Positions 8,673-18,370 of a stretch of DNA of 64,000 nt are shown one piece after another. Within the stretch, counting starts at the first letter, position 1. Each line of letters starts with the position of its first letter. Source of the DNA: Spirochaetales bacterium (lineage in GTDB: Bacteria; Spirochaetota; Spirochaetia; Treponematales; UBA12059). Below the pieces are notes generated by a model. The model made no database searches. It saw nothing but the letters and a program-made list of their open reading frames with translations, and was not told where the DNA came from. Made by a program: the position numbers and the translations under genes. Location: assembly GCA_016928955.1 (NCBI GenBank), contig JAFGJV010000004.1, positions 323,736 to 387,735 on the forward strand, read 5' to 3'.

Positions 8673-10133
8673 TCAACCCCCGTTTGACGCCAGTTTTGCC
8701 AACACGTACTCGATCCATGCCTGGGTCTCCTGATAGTAGTCGTCCCTGGCCCGCACAAGATCGTAGAAGGCTTCCTGGTAGGAACCGGTCAGGGCAAGAG
8801 CCTGGCCCCGGTAGAATCGCGCCAAAGCCGTGTTCTCGGGAGAACGGGGCAGGGACAGATACAAGCCCAGCTGCCTGGCTCCCTCCGAATAGCGGCCGTT
8901 CATGAGATAGTCTGCCACTATGGCCCGCAGGGCGAATTCCTCGCCACCGCCGGGCTCAAGGTCGCGCTGGAAAACGATAAAACGCGGCGAACTGGGCGCC
9001 TGGGCTGGAGCCGACAGGCCGCTCAGTATCTGTATGGCATCCCTGGTCGCGCGGTCGATATCGGCCTCGTCGGGGGCTATGGGGTCGCCTATGACCTCCG
9101 AACTGTCTTCCAGGCTTTTCCGAACCACCACCAGGGGCAGGGGCAAGGATCGGGACTCAGGCCCGGCTTCAGGCAGGGCAACACGGTATTCGGCCGACTC
9201 CAGCGACACCGGCTCGGTGGTGGCGTTGTGGCCCGGCTTTATGCTCACGGTACCTGCCACCAGGTCCCGTTCCGGCACCGCGGCGTAATAGTAGTCGTTT
9301 CCCGGCACCGGGAGGTCATTGAACGATCCCACGCCGGGCTCTGACAGGGACGCCACGCTGGCGCTGAGGAGGGAAGCCACCGAACTGATCTTCTGGGTGG
9401 CTCGGTAGACGATCATCCGTCCGCCCTGGGCGTCCGGGGGGAATTCCACCAAGATGCCCTCTCCGTCCCTGCGCGCGCGGACGGAGGGCTCAGGCGCGGA
9501 GGACGCGGTAGCGGAGGGCTCGGGCGGGGTAGGCGTGGTCGGTTCGGGTGCCACCGGTTCCGTCTCAGTTGCCGGGCTTTCGGGAACGGCCTCGGTAAGC
9601 TGGGCGGGCGGAGCGTCCACGGAACCAGGTTCCGGGACCTCAGGCTGGCTTGGCGGCTCGGGGCTCGGCTGTACGGGTTCGGTCAGGGCCACCTCGCTGG
9701 CCGGCTCTTCCTGGGGGCTTTCCGCGTATTCAGGCGCGCCGGGAGCGGGCATGCCGACCAGGCTGACGTTGCGCAGGGGTATAAATACCTGGTGCACCCC
9801 GGTTTCCGAGCGACCGAGCACGAAATAATAGTAGGCACGGTCGTCTGGGGGCCGGTACTCCAGCTGGCCAACGCCGGCCTGGACCTGGCCTATGGGCACG
9901 GCTTCGGCAAAGCTGCCCGCCGACGGCTCCGACAGCTGGCGGTATACCACGTAGCCGAGCTCTATGTCGTCGCTGTCATCCCAGGATACGACGATAACGT
10001 CGTTCCGGACGCCTATGCGTATGTGCGACGGGTAGGGCTCATACGCGTCCGCCCCGCTTCCGTCCTGGGCATACGCCAATGACAGGACCGAAAGAACCAG
10101 GACAGCGCCTAGGATCCGGATTTTGACTCCCAT
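8673..10133 (-). CDS. Secreted hypothetical protein: two FN3/Ig-like repeats, a Pro/Glu-rich linker and a C-terminal TPR-like region
   Basis: Signal peptide ending AYA-Q. Repeated YR...YYY beta units, a PEP-rich linker, and ARFYRGQALALTG. Confidence 0.7.
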   Translation of the reverse strand: MGVKIRILGAVLVLSVLSLAYAQDGSGADAYEPYPSHIRIGVRNDVIVVSWDDSDDIELGYVVYRQLSEPSAGSFAEAVPIGQVQAGVGQLEYRPPDDRAYYYFVLGRSETGVHQVFIPLRNVSLVGMPAPGAPEYAESPQEEPASEVALTEPVQPSPEPPSQPEVPEPGSVDAPPAQLTEAVPESPATETEPVAPEPTTPTPPEPSATASSAPEPSVRARRDGEGILVEFPPDAQGGRMIVYRATQKISSVASLLSASVASLSEPGVGSFNDLPVPGNDYYYAAVPERDLVAGTVSIKPGHNATTEPVSLESAEYRVALPEAGPESRSLPLPLVVVRKSLEDSSEVIGDPIAPDEADIDRATRDAIQILSGLSAPAQAPSSPRFIVFQRDLEPGGGEEFALRAIVADYLMNGRYSEGARQLGLYLSLPRSPENTALARFYRGQALALTGSYQEAFYDLVRARDDYYQETQAWIEYVLAKLASNGG

Positions 10134-10187
10134 GGTATCAATACTATCGGCGAAACGGCCTGTTGGCCATAGCCTGCTGGCGGTCCT

Positions 10188-10223
10188 TTGACAACCTCCG
10201 CTTCATCGGATACCATACCCCCC
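10188..10223 (+). promoter_or_regulatory. sigma70 promoter of the cas2-like gene / prfB operon (leaderless)
   Basis: TTGACA (10188-10193)-17 nt-TACCAT (10211-10216), then 7 nt to ATG 10224. Confidence 0.7.
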
Positions 10224-10508
10224 ATGTTCGTGTCCGTGGTGTGCGATCTGGGCGGGGAAGATTCGCGGTCTGCCGTGTACGCCCTTCTCCCGCAGTATGG
10301 CTTCGAAAAAGTCCAGCGCGCCTGCTTTGAAAGCTCGCGTATGGGTGAAAAACAGCTAGCCGCCCTCAAGCGCGACATAGACAAGGTCACGGATTATTAC
10401 GACACCGTGAGGATTTACCAGTATCCCGTTGAGGGCAAGCTGGCCATATCCACGCTCAAGGAAAACAGGTGGAGGCGCATCATGATCACCGCGCCCCAGC
10501 GCCAGTAG
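10224..10508 (+). CDS. cas2: Stand-alone Cas2-like protein (94 aa)
   Basis: MFVSVVCD (beta1 + Asp), YGFEKVQRACFE (cf. YGxxVQxSVFE) and DTVRIY (cf. DSVRIY). Size matches Cas2. Confidence 0.78.
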   Translation: MFVSVVCDLGGEDSRSAVYALLPQYGFEKVQRACFESSRMGEKQLAALKRDIDKVTDYYDTVRIYQYPVEGKLAISTLKENRWRRIMITAPQRQ

Positions 10509-10526
10509 GCCGACAAGGAGACACGC

Positions 10527-11661
10527 ATGCTCGAGGAAATGAACACTCCCGTGGCGGAGCTGAAAAAGGAAATTCTTGAAATCTGGGGGCGTCTTTGACC
10601 CCGACGGCATAAAAACCAAGATAGCCGAAAAAGAGGAAGAAAGCGCCCAGCCAGGCTTCTGGTCGGACCAGAAACGGTCCGAGCGGGTGATGGCCGAGCT
10701 CAAGGTGCTCAGGGGCCGCCTGGACACCTGGACGGAGATCAGGCGCAGCATGGACGCCCTGGACGAAATCCTGGCCCTTGCCCAGGAAGAGGGCGACTCG
10801 TCCCTTGAGCCCGAGATACGTTCCAGCTTTTCCGACATCCAGAACCGCTTTGAGAAGGCGGTCACCTTGGAACTGATGACCGGAGAGGCAGACAAGACCT
10901 CCGCCTATCTCACCATCCACGCCGGCTCCGGCGGCACTGAAGCCTGCGACTGGGCATCCATGCTCTACCGCATGTACACGCGCTGGGCCGAGCGCAGGGG
11001 CTTCAAGACTGAGCTGGTGGACCTCATAGAGGCGGAAGGCGGCATCAAGAGCGTCACCGTGGAAATAGACGGCGCCTACGCGTACGGCTTTCTGCGCTGC
11101 GAGACCGGCGTGCACCGCCTGGTACGCATCAGCCCCTTTGACGCCAACGCGCGCAGGCACACCAGCTTTGCCAGCGTGATGGCCCTTCCGGTGATCGACG
11201 ACACCATAGAAGTGGTGATCAAGCCCGAAGACGTGCGCATAGACACCTACCGCTCCGGCGGTGCCGGCGGCCAGAAGGTCAACAAAACCGACAGCGCCGT
11301 GCGCATCACCCACCTGCCCACCGGCATCGTCGTCACCTGCCAGAACGAGCGGAGCCAGCACAAGAACAAGGACGTGGCCTTTTCCGTGCTCAAAAGCCGC
11401 CTGTACGAGGTATACCGGCAGGAAAAGGACAAGGAAAACGCCCGGTTTCAGGGGGACAAAAAGGAAATAGCCTGGGGCTCCCAGATCCGCTCCTACGTGT
11501 TCCAGCCGTACACCATGGTCAAGGACCACCGAACCAAGTTCAATGTGGGCAACATACAGGGTGTCATGGATGGCGACCTGGATCCCTTCATAGACTCGTA
11601 TCTCCGCTTTCTGTGGAAGGGCGGGACCGTGGTTCCCGATGCTGAGGACGACGAGGCCTGA
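10527..11661 (+). CDS. prfB: Peptide chain release factor 2, with programmed +1 frameshift
   Basis: AAGGAG SD and ATG 10527. A 23-codon ORF ends CTT TGA C (10593-10599). The +1 frame continues with SPF and GGQ motifs. Confidence 0.97.
10585..10599 (+). promoter_or_regulatory. prfB autoregulatory frameshift site
   Basis: GGGGG internal SD-like element, CGT, then CTTTGAC. Confidence 0.93.
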
Positions 11662-11668
11662 GCCGGCC

Positions 11669-13084
11669 ATGGTCGTTCACCCGCGCCGTCTGATCCTGAT
11701 GGCCCTTGCCCTGGCCACGGCCACGTGGAGCCTGAGCGCCCAAGCGGCAAAGACCGTGGCCTGGGCCGAACTGGACAGTTCGGAGGCGCCGGCCGACTAC
11801 CGCTCGGCCGGCGCCTCGGTGCCCGTACTCCTTATGCGAGCTCTATCCTTCGCTGGGGAACGGCTGTTGTCGGACGCCGAGCTTGAGTCGGCAGGCGCCC
11901 TTGAGGGGCAGGCCAGGATAACGGCCGCCCGGGCGGCCGTGGCCAAGGCCCAGCGCGCGCGGGATATTGCGGCCCTCACGGAGACCGACCCAGCCAAACG
12001 GGCCTACGACCTTGCGGCCGCCGAGAAAACCCTCCGCCAGGCCCGCGCCGATCTGGAAGCTGCCCTGAATGCCGGTACGGACGCAGAGCCTCAAGGATCG
12101 GTGGTCACGCTGGCGCCCTGGGCCAAGCACGCCACGGGCGTTTTGGTGCAGGCCGGCGGCGAACCCGCCGCACACTGCAAGGAACATTCCCTCGATTACC
12201 TGTTCCACGGGAGCATACGCTCGTCGGGGCGTTTCCTTGCCGTGCATATCAAACTGTACTCGGCGGCCGCCGGGATAGATGTGTGGTCCGCCACAGAATA
12301 CGCGGCTCCGGATGACCTTGCCAGCGCCGTGGACGCCCTGACCCGGCCCGCCGCAACGGCCATCCTTGGCCGGCCCTACGCACGCCTTACCGTGCTGGCC
12401 GCTCCTGTCGAAAGCAGGATCACCCTGGACGACCACCATGCATACCAGAGCGGCGCCATCTATTACGAAGCGTCAGCGGTGAATATAGAGCTAAGCGCCC
12501 CCGGATACTCCAGCACGTCAACCCTGGCGTCGCTTGAACCGGGCGCTGACACCTTCCTTGCCGTCGAGCTTGAGCCCCTGGCGGCCGGGCCCGTGCTCGT
12601 AACCAGCGATCCTCCGGGCGCGTCGATTTACGTGGACGGAGTCCTGGCCGGCGTTACTCCCCTCGAACTACCCGGCTTTGACGGAGAGCGCGTGGTCAGG
12701 CTCACGCTCCCCGACAGCGAGGACGTACAGGCCAGGATTGGCCCCGAGGACTCTGGAGACACCCTGAGTTTCAGCTTTGAGCCCGCGTCCGACGGTTCCT
12801 TTGCCCAACGCTTTGACCAGGCCAAAGACGATTTTTACCGGTCCCTGGGATGGTTTATCCTCTCCCTGCCCGTAACCACTTTGTCGTACGGTACCTTCCG
12901 TTCGTGGTACGACGCGGAAAATGACGCTCTTTCGTCCGGACTGTCGGACCCCGCGACCATACAAACCCTTGAGACGAACTACTGGACGGCCCAGGGCGTG
13001 TTCTGGGCGTCAGCCGCGGTGAGCGCCGGCCTGGCCGTCAACGCGGTCATAAAACTGATACGGTATGTGGACGCCGCCGATTGA
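11669..13084 (+). CDS. PEGA domain-containing exported/membrane protein
   Basis: Signal peptide, VTSDPPGASIYVDGVLAGVTP PEGA motif and hydrophobic C-terminal helices. Confidence 0.8.
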   Translation: MVVHPRRLILMALALATATWSLSAQAAKTVAWAELDSSEAPADYRSAGASVPVLLMRALSFAGERLLSDAELESAGALEGQARITAARAAVAKAQRARDIAALTETDPAKRAYDLAAAEKTLRQARADLEAALNAGTDAEPQGSVVTLAPWAKHATGVLVQAGGEPAAHCKEHSLDYLFHGSIRSSGRFLAVHIKLYSAAAGIDVWSATEYAAPDDLASAVDALTRPAATAILGRPYARLTVLAAPVESRITLDDHHAYQSGAIYYEASAVNIELSAPGYSSTSTLASLEPGADTFLAVELEPLAAGPVLVTSDPPGASIYVDGVLAGVTPLELPGFDGERVVRLTLPDSEDVQARIGPEDSGDTLSFSFEPASDGSFAQRFDQAKDDFYRSLGWFILSLPVTTLSYGTFRSWYDAENDALSSGLSDPATIQTLETNYWTAQGVFWASAAVSAGLAVNAVIKLIRYVDAAD

Positions 13085-13130
13085 GACGGGGCGTGCCGCA
13101 TTGCGCGGCTATCTGGAAGGCGGAAGCTGA

Positions 13131-13997
13131 ATGAGGTTTTCTGACAGGATACGGGCCCTTTTGGGCATGTCGGTCATGCGCGACGACGATTGGGACAACC
13201 TTGTGGATCTCCTCGTAGAAGGGGACCTTGGCCCAGCCTTTGCCGACGCGGCGGTCACCGAGCTCCAGAAGCTGTGCGCGCAGGAAGGCGTCCGTGACGG
13301 CGCGGGCGCGCGCTCACTTTTGGCCCGCGTGCTAGCCCCCCACGCCCGCTCCGTCAGGGTGGAACCGATTCCCGGAGGCCTGAATGTGGTCCTGATGCTC
13401 GGCGTCAACGGCGTGGGCAAGACCACTACGGCAGCCAAGCTGGCCCGCCTCTGGACCGCGAACGGGCTGGCGTCCAAGGCTGTGCTAGCCGCTGGAGACA
13501 CGTTCCGCGCGGCCGCCATCGACCAGCTCAAGCTCCACGGACAGCGCCTGGGCATGCGCGTGGTTGCCCAGACCCAGGGCTCGGACGCGGGAGCCGTTCT
13601 CTACGACGCCGTGGAGGCGGCCGCGGCCGAGGGTGCAGACCTGGTGGTTGCCGACACCGCCGGCCGCATGCACACCAAGCAGAACCTGATACGTGAGCTT
13701 GAAAAACTGGACAAGATAGTGGCGGCCAGGACTGATAGGGAACGTTACCGCAAACTCCTGGTCGTGGACGCCACCACCGGGCAAAACGCGCTCAGGCAGG
13801 CAGAGGTCTTCTCCGCCGCCGTCAAGATTGACGGCCTGGTGCTGACCAAATACGACTCGAGCGCGCGCGGGGGCCTGGCACTGGCTATAGCGCGTGACCT
13901 GGGCATACCCACGGCGTTCATCTGCGACGGCGAAGCCTATGGAGACATCAAGCCCTTTGAGCCCGAACGCTACCTGTCGGAGTTCCTTGGCCTATGA
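13131..13997 (+). CDS. ftsY: Signal recognition particle receptor FtsY (NG domain only)
   Basis: [34 protein letters not shown] and [10 protein letters not shown] motifs. Confidence 0.96.
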   Translation: MRFSDRIRALLGMSVMRDDDWDNLVDLLVEGDLGPAFADAAVTELQKLCAQEGVRDGAGARSLLARVLAPHARSVRVEPIPGGLNVVLMLGVNGVGKTTTAAKLARLWTANGLASKAVLAAGDTFRAAAIDQLKLHGQRLGMRVVAQTQGSDAGAVLYDAVEAAAAEGADLVVADTAGRMHTKQNLIRELEKLDKIVAARTDRERYRKLLVVDATTGQNALRQAEVFSAAVKIDGLVLTKYDSSARGGLALAIARDLGIPTAFICDGEAYGDIKPFEPERYLSEFLGL

Positions 13998-15052
13998 AAG
14001 CGCCTCGCACCCTGGTTTTGTCGGCCGTCCTGTTCGCGGCCGCGCACCTCTCGGCCCTTGGCCAGGAAACCTGGTACAGCTCAAACGGCGCGGGCATGGC
14101 CTTGGACGAGATGGAAGCCGCCCGAGCCCTTGCCCAGGCCTGGTCGCTCCGCATCAGCACGGCCGGACGCGTCACGGTGGCGACCCTGTTCCGCCAGGGC
14201 GACGAATATCAGAGCACCCGGAGCGAGTACGCGCCCAACGGCGGCCTGGCCCGCGTGGCCATAAGCCAAAACGGCCGCATCGTCGAGGAAACCGAATTCC
14301 TTGCCGGCCTCCCGTCTGTAGAGCGGCGTTTCCTGGCAGGCGGTTCCGTTGAGGAAACCAAATACACCTACCAAAACAACACGCTCGTGGCCTCTGAGCG
14401 GAGCGTGGACGGCCGTCAGGTTGCCACGGTGTCCTACCGCTACGGCCCGGACGGAAGGCTCCTGTCCGCGCGGGAAAACGCCGGAACGCGATCCGGGTAC
14501 GGCCGCTCGTCGTCGTGGAGCATGCGCGACGGCATCCTTGACCTGCGCACGTACGACGCGGACGGCCGCCTGGAATCCTACCGGCGGTACCGGGATTCCG
14601 TGCTGGAGCTCGAGGAACACCGAACCTGGAACGCTGGCTCTCTGGCTCGGGTGAGGCGCTCGGAGCCGGAAACAGGCATCCTGCTTGAGGAGAGCTACGA
14701 CGACGCTGGCAAGCTGGACACCCGAGTCACCACGCTCAAAGGCCAGATCATGACCACGGAACACTTCACGTGGACCAAGGATGGCCTTCTGGCCCGTTCG
14801 GAGAAGACCGCTGACGGCCACCGTACCGTGGCCACCCTCACGTACGACCAAGACGGCAGTCTGGCCGTCGAGCGGGTTGAACTGGACGGAGCGCCCGTAT
14901 CCGAGCGTCGCTACAGCTCGGCCACGGCCTGGGTGGACGACGCGTACGACAACGGCGTCCTTTTTGCGCGCAGCTGGTACGAAAACGGCCGCCTTGTCAA
15001 AGAAGAAATCATCAGGGACGGGCTCACCGTCCGGGAAAGGACCTTTCCGTGA
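13994..15052 (+). CDS. Exported beta-hairpin repeat protein (YD/MORN/YwqK-like repeats)
   Basis: Signal peptide. Repeated YDADGRL, YDDAGKL, YDQDGSL, YGPDGRL and YENGRL units. Confidence 0.7.
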   Translation: MKAPRTLVLSAVLFAAAHLSALGQETWYSSNGAGMALDEMEAARALAQAWSLRISTAGRVTVATLFRQGDEYQSTRSEYAPNGGLARVAISQNGRIVEETEFLAGLPSVERRFLAGGSVEETKYTYQNNTLVASERSVDGRQVATVSYRYGPDGRLLSARENAGTRSGYGRSSSWSMRDGILDLRTYDADGRLESYRRYRDSVLELEEHRTWNAGSLARVRRSEPETGILLEESYDDAGKLDTRVTTLKGQIMTTEHFTWTKDGLLARSEKTADGHRTVATLTYDQDGSLAVERVELDGAPVSERRYSSATAWVDDAYDNGVLFARSWYENGRLVKEEIIRDGLTVRERTFP

Positions 15053-16275
15053 CCGGCCGATGGATACGCTATGTAGCCGGCCGCTGGTTCAGGCCCGGCC
15101 ATCACGAGGGCCCGTCGCTGGCCCCGGCGGCCGCTGGCATAGGCGTTGGCGTGGCCGCCTTGATAGTCATCCTGGGGGTGATGAACGGTTTCCAGATGGG
15201 TTTCATGGACGCCGTGCTCGAGCTGGACAGTTACCACGTGAGGATAGACGCGCCCGACGCCGAAAGCTATGCGGCGGCCTTGCCTGACACCGTATCGGCG
15301 CTCCCGTTCATAGACGTTCGCACGCTTGCCGTTGGCGTCCACGGTTCTACCGAAGCTCTGCGCGTAAAAATAGTACCGGATAACGCCACTGACCTGGATC
15401 CCGCCCTGGCCGGCCTGGAACTCCGCTCGGGGGAATTCGGCCGCGGCCTGTCCGTGGGCTCTGAGCTTGCCAGGAACATGAACCTGCTGGTGGGAGACAC
15501 GGTCAAGGTCCTGGCCGTGACAATAGACGACGAGCGCGGCATAGCGTCGGACTTTATCGAGCTCAGGGTGGGCGGGATTTTCCACACGGGCTTCTACGAC
15601 TTCGACTCCGGCCTTGCCTTCCTGCCTGCATCCCAGTCAGGCGGCCTGGCCACGGGCGAGCGGACCATCCTGGGCATCAAGCTCAGGGACCGGTACGCTG
15701 ACCGCCTGGCCCTGTCCAGGCTTAAGGCCGCCGGCCTTGCTCCCGGCGCCGCCCAGAGCTGGCGCGACTACAACCGGGCTTTTTTCGGAGCCCTGCGCAT
15801 GGAAAAAAACGTGATGATGGCCCTGGTAGGCCTGATCTTCCTGGTTGTCGGGGTGAACATCTTCCACGCCATGCGCAAAACGGTCTTTGCCCGCATGGAG
15901 GATATAGCCGTGCTCAAGGCGGTGGGAGCACGCGCCTCAGAGGTGCGTCGCGTCTTCCTCCTGGACGGCCTGGCGGCCGGAGCTGGCGGAGCCTTTCTAG
16001 GCCTGGCCGTGGGCCTGGCCCTTGCCGTCAACGTCAACGAAGTGTTCTCGGCCATAGAATCCGTGTTGGGCTTCCTGGCCAGCTTGTTCGGCGGCCGGGG
16101 GCTGCGCTTCTTTTCGCCGGACCTGTTCTACATAAGCGACGTGCCCGTGCGTCTCCCCTTTGCCGAAGCCGCCTTTGTCACGCTGGCGGGAGCCGCTTCC
16201 GCCCTGCTTGCCGCCTGGGCTGCCAGCGCCCGGGTATCGTCTTTCATGCCCTCGGAGGTATTGCGCGATGAGTGA
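15049..16275 (+). CDS. lolC: Lipoprotein-releasing ABC permease, LolC/E family
   Basis: GIGVGVAALIVILGVMNGF, ALRMEKNVM and DIAVLKAVGA motifs. Confidence 0.85.
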   Translation: MTGRWIRYVAGRWFRPGHHEGPSLAPAAAGIGVGVAALIVILGVMNGFQMGFMDAVLELDSYHVRIDAPDAESYAAALPDTVSALPFIDVRTLAVGVHGSTEALRVKIVPDNATDLDPALAGLELRSGEFGRGLSVGSELARNMNLLVGDTVKVLAVTIDDERGIASDFIELRVGGIFHTGFYDFDSGLAFLPASQSGGLATGERTILGIKLRDRYADRLALSRLKAAGLAPGAAQSWRDYNRAFFGALRMEKNVMMALVGLIFLVVGVNIFHAMRKTVFARMEDIAVLKAVGARASEVRRVFLLDGLAAGAGGAFLGLAVGLALAVNVNEVFSAIESVLGFLASLFGGRGLRFFSPDLFYISDVPVRLPFAEAAFVTLAGAASALLAAWAASARVSSFMPSEVLRDE

Positions 16276-16948
16276 TGTCGTTCTCAGTCTGAGGGACGTG
16301 AGCCGGGTGTTTTCCACGGAGGCCGAGGATCTCCATATCCTGCGGAGCGTCGATCTGGACATACTGTCCGGCCGGAGCTCGTCGATCAGCGGCCCGAGCG
16401 GATGCGGCAAAAGCACCCTCCTGTCCATCATGGGCGGCCTTGACAGGCCAAGTTCCGGCACCGTCATGGCTGGCCAGCTTGACCTGGGCAAGGCCACGGA
16501 AACCCAGCTGGCGTCGTACCGTTCGACCGTAATCGGGTTTGTCTTCCAGTCCCACTATCTCCTCAAGGATTTTACCGCCCTGGAAAACGCCATGTTGCCC
16601 GCCTTCATGCTGTCCGGCGACCGTCCCGGGTCCGAGCGCGTCGCCCGCGAGCTCCTGGACGCCGTGGGCCTGTCTGCCCGCCTTGACCACACGCCGGCCC
16701 GCCTGTCCGGTGGAGAGCGTCAGCGCGTGGCCATAGCCCGAGCCCTGGTCAACTCGCCGTCCGTGGTGCTGGCCGACGAGCCCACAGGCAGTCTGGACGA
16801 GGACAGCGCCCGTACCGTGGAAGAGCTCCTGTTTTCCGTGGTCGCTGAGCGCGGGGCCAGCCTGGTCTTGGTCACCCACGACCCGCGCCTGGCCGGCCTG
16901 GCCGAGGTCCGGTACCAGCTGAGAAACGGAACGCTGGCTACCGTATGA
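16268..16948 (+). CDS. lolD: Lipoprotein-releasing ABC ATPase
   Basis: GPSGCGKST, IGFVFQSHYLL, LSGGERQRVAIARA and LADEPTG motifs. Lies between two permeases. Confidence 0.9.
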   Translation: MSDVVLSLRDVSRVFSTEAEDLHILRSVDLDILSGRSSSISGPSGCGKSTLLSIMGGLDRPSSGTVMAGQLDLGKATETQLASYRSTVIGFVFQSHYLLKDFTALENAMLPAFMLSGDRPGSERVARELLDAVGLSARLDHTPARLSGGERQRVAIARALVNSPSVVLADEPTGSLDEDSARTVEELLFSVVAERGASLVLVTHDPRLAGLAEVRYQLRNGTLATV

Positions 16949-18249
16949 AAGGCGCCCCGGTTTTTTTCATAGCGTCGCGACTCATAGCCGGCCGCAACGA
17001 CGCGTCCGGAGGCAGGGACCAGGCCCGCAGGGCCCTGCGCGGGGCGGTACTTGCCATAGGCCTCAGCCTGGTGCCCCTCCTTACGGTCATGCAAGTGGCT
17101 GACGGCATGGTGCAGGGTATCAGCGCCCGATACGTCGAGCTGGGCACCTATCACGCCCAGGCCCACGCGTACTCGGACACGGAACCGCTTGCCGACGCCC
17201 GGGACCGTTTGGCCGCCACGCCAGGCGTTACGGGCGCCTGGATAGAATCCCAGTCAGTTGGCGTGGCCTTCACCTCAGGAGCCAGGGAAGGTGCTGCGAT
17301 ACGAGCCGTTGAGCAGGGCTTTCTGGACGACCCCGGCACGACAGCCTATTTTGAGCTTGAGGACGGTGATCTGGCCCTTGAACGGGCCAACGACGCCCTG
17401 GTGGGCTCCGCCCTGGCAGCCAAGCTGGGCATCAAATCCGGCGACAGTTTCAACCTGATAACCGTGCGACGCTCGGCAAGCGGCGAGCCCCTGCCCAAGG
17501 TGAGCATACTGAGGGTCAGGGGCGTGGTGTCCGCGGGATACCGGGAGCTGGATTCGCAGTGGCTGTTCATCCGCCAGGCCGACACCGCGCGGGTACTGCC
17601 CCGCGAAAGCACGCGCAGCTTCGTCGGCATAAAGTCGGCCGACCCCTTTGGCGAGCCTGAGCAAGCCCGCCTTCTGGCCGAGTCCGCTCTACAGCAGGGC
17701 TACACGGTGTATTCATGGAAGCGGCTGGAGCGCAACCTCTTCGAGTCCCTGGCCAGCACGCGCACCATGCTGCTCCTGATCATGGCCGTGACGGTTGCCG
17801 TTGCGGCAGTGAACGTGTCCAGCGCCCTGTCTACCCTGGTGATGGAGCGCAGGCAGGAAATAGCGGTGCTGAAAAGCCTGGGTGCCCGGCCATCCGACCT
17901 TGCCCGGACCTTCTCCCTGGGTGGCGCTTTCCTTGGCGCGGCGGGGGCGGTGCTCGGTTCGGCCTTTGGCCTCCTTGCCGCCACACGGATCAACGAGATA
18001 CTCAGAGTCCTTGAATGGCTATCCAATGCCGCAAGGCGCCTGGTAGCCCTTCTTACCGGTTCTCCGGCACCCGCGTACGCGCCCCTCCTAGACCCAGAAT
18101 ACTACCTGCAGGCCATACCCATTACCCTGCGCTTCGCAGACGTGGCCGGGGTGGTTATCCTGACGGTGGGGCTGTCCTTCGCGGCGTCCTTCCTGCCCGC
18201 CAGGAAAGCCGCCAGGCTGGATCCCATGGACGCGCTCAGAAGGCGCTGA
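16945..18249 (+). CDS. lolE: Lipoprotein-releasing ABC permease, LolC/E family
   Basis: FtsX-like C-terminus with ERRQEIAVLKSLGA and PARKAARLDPMDALR. Confidence 0.82.
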   Translation: MKGAPVFFIASRLIAGRNDASGGRDQARRALRGAVLAIGLSLVPLLTVMQVADGMVQGISARYVELGTYHAQAHAYSDTEPLADARDRLAATPGVTGAWIESQSVGVAFTSGAREGAAIRAVEQGFLDDPGTTAYFELEDGDLALERANDALVGSALAAKLGIKSGDSFNLITVRRSASGEPLPKVSILRVRGVVSAGYRELDSQWLFIRQADTARVLPRESTRSFVGIKSADPFGEPEQARLLAESALQQGYTVYSWKRLERNLFESLASTRTMLLLIMAVTVAVAAVNVSSALSTLVMERRQEIAVLKSLGARPSDLARTFSLGGAFLGAAGAVLGSAFGLLAATRINEILRVLEWLSNAARRLVALLTGSPAPAYAPLLDPEYYLQAIPITLRFADVAGVVILTVGLSFAASFLPARKAARLDPMDALRRR

Positions 18250-18257
18250 GGCTTTTA

Positions 18258-18370
18258 GGAACCTCTAAAAACCCCTTGGTTATTAGAGGTTCCCTGCGTT
18301 TTCGGCCGAAAACGCAGGGTTTTCTAAGGTAAGCCTCTAAAAACTGCAGTTTTTAGAGGGGCCCTTTTTT
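18258..18370. repeat. Composite palindromic (REP-like) element with three hairpins
   Basis: GGAACCTCTAA...TTAGAGGTTCC (18258-18293), a perfect 28-bp palindrome at 18292-18319 and a perfect 26-bp palindrome CCTCTAAAAACTGCAGTTTTTAGAGG at 18334-18359. Confidence 0.8.

Noticed and set aside
7106..8758. 550-aa minus-strand ORF, and similar ones at 10486-11670, 23942-25462 and 62467-63897
   Set aside because: Each fully overlaps well-supported genes on the opposite strand.
8600..13100. CRISPR array or other cas genes near the cas2-like gene
   Set aside because: No regularly spaced direct repeats were seen in any intergenic gap, and the flanking ORFs are recognisable non-cas genes.
13994..15052. 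RHS/YD polymorphic toxin
   Set aside because: It is short, with no RHS core (DPxG) motif, toxin domain or immunity gene, and it sits in a housekeeping operon.
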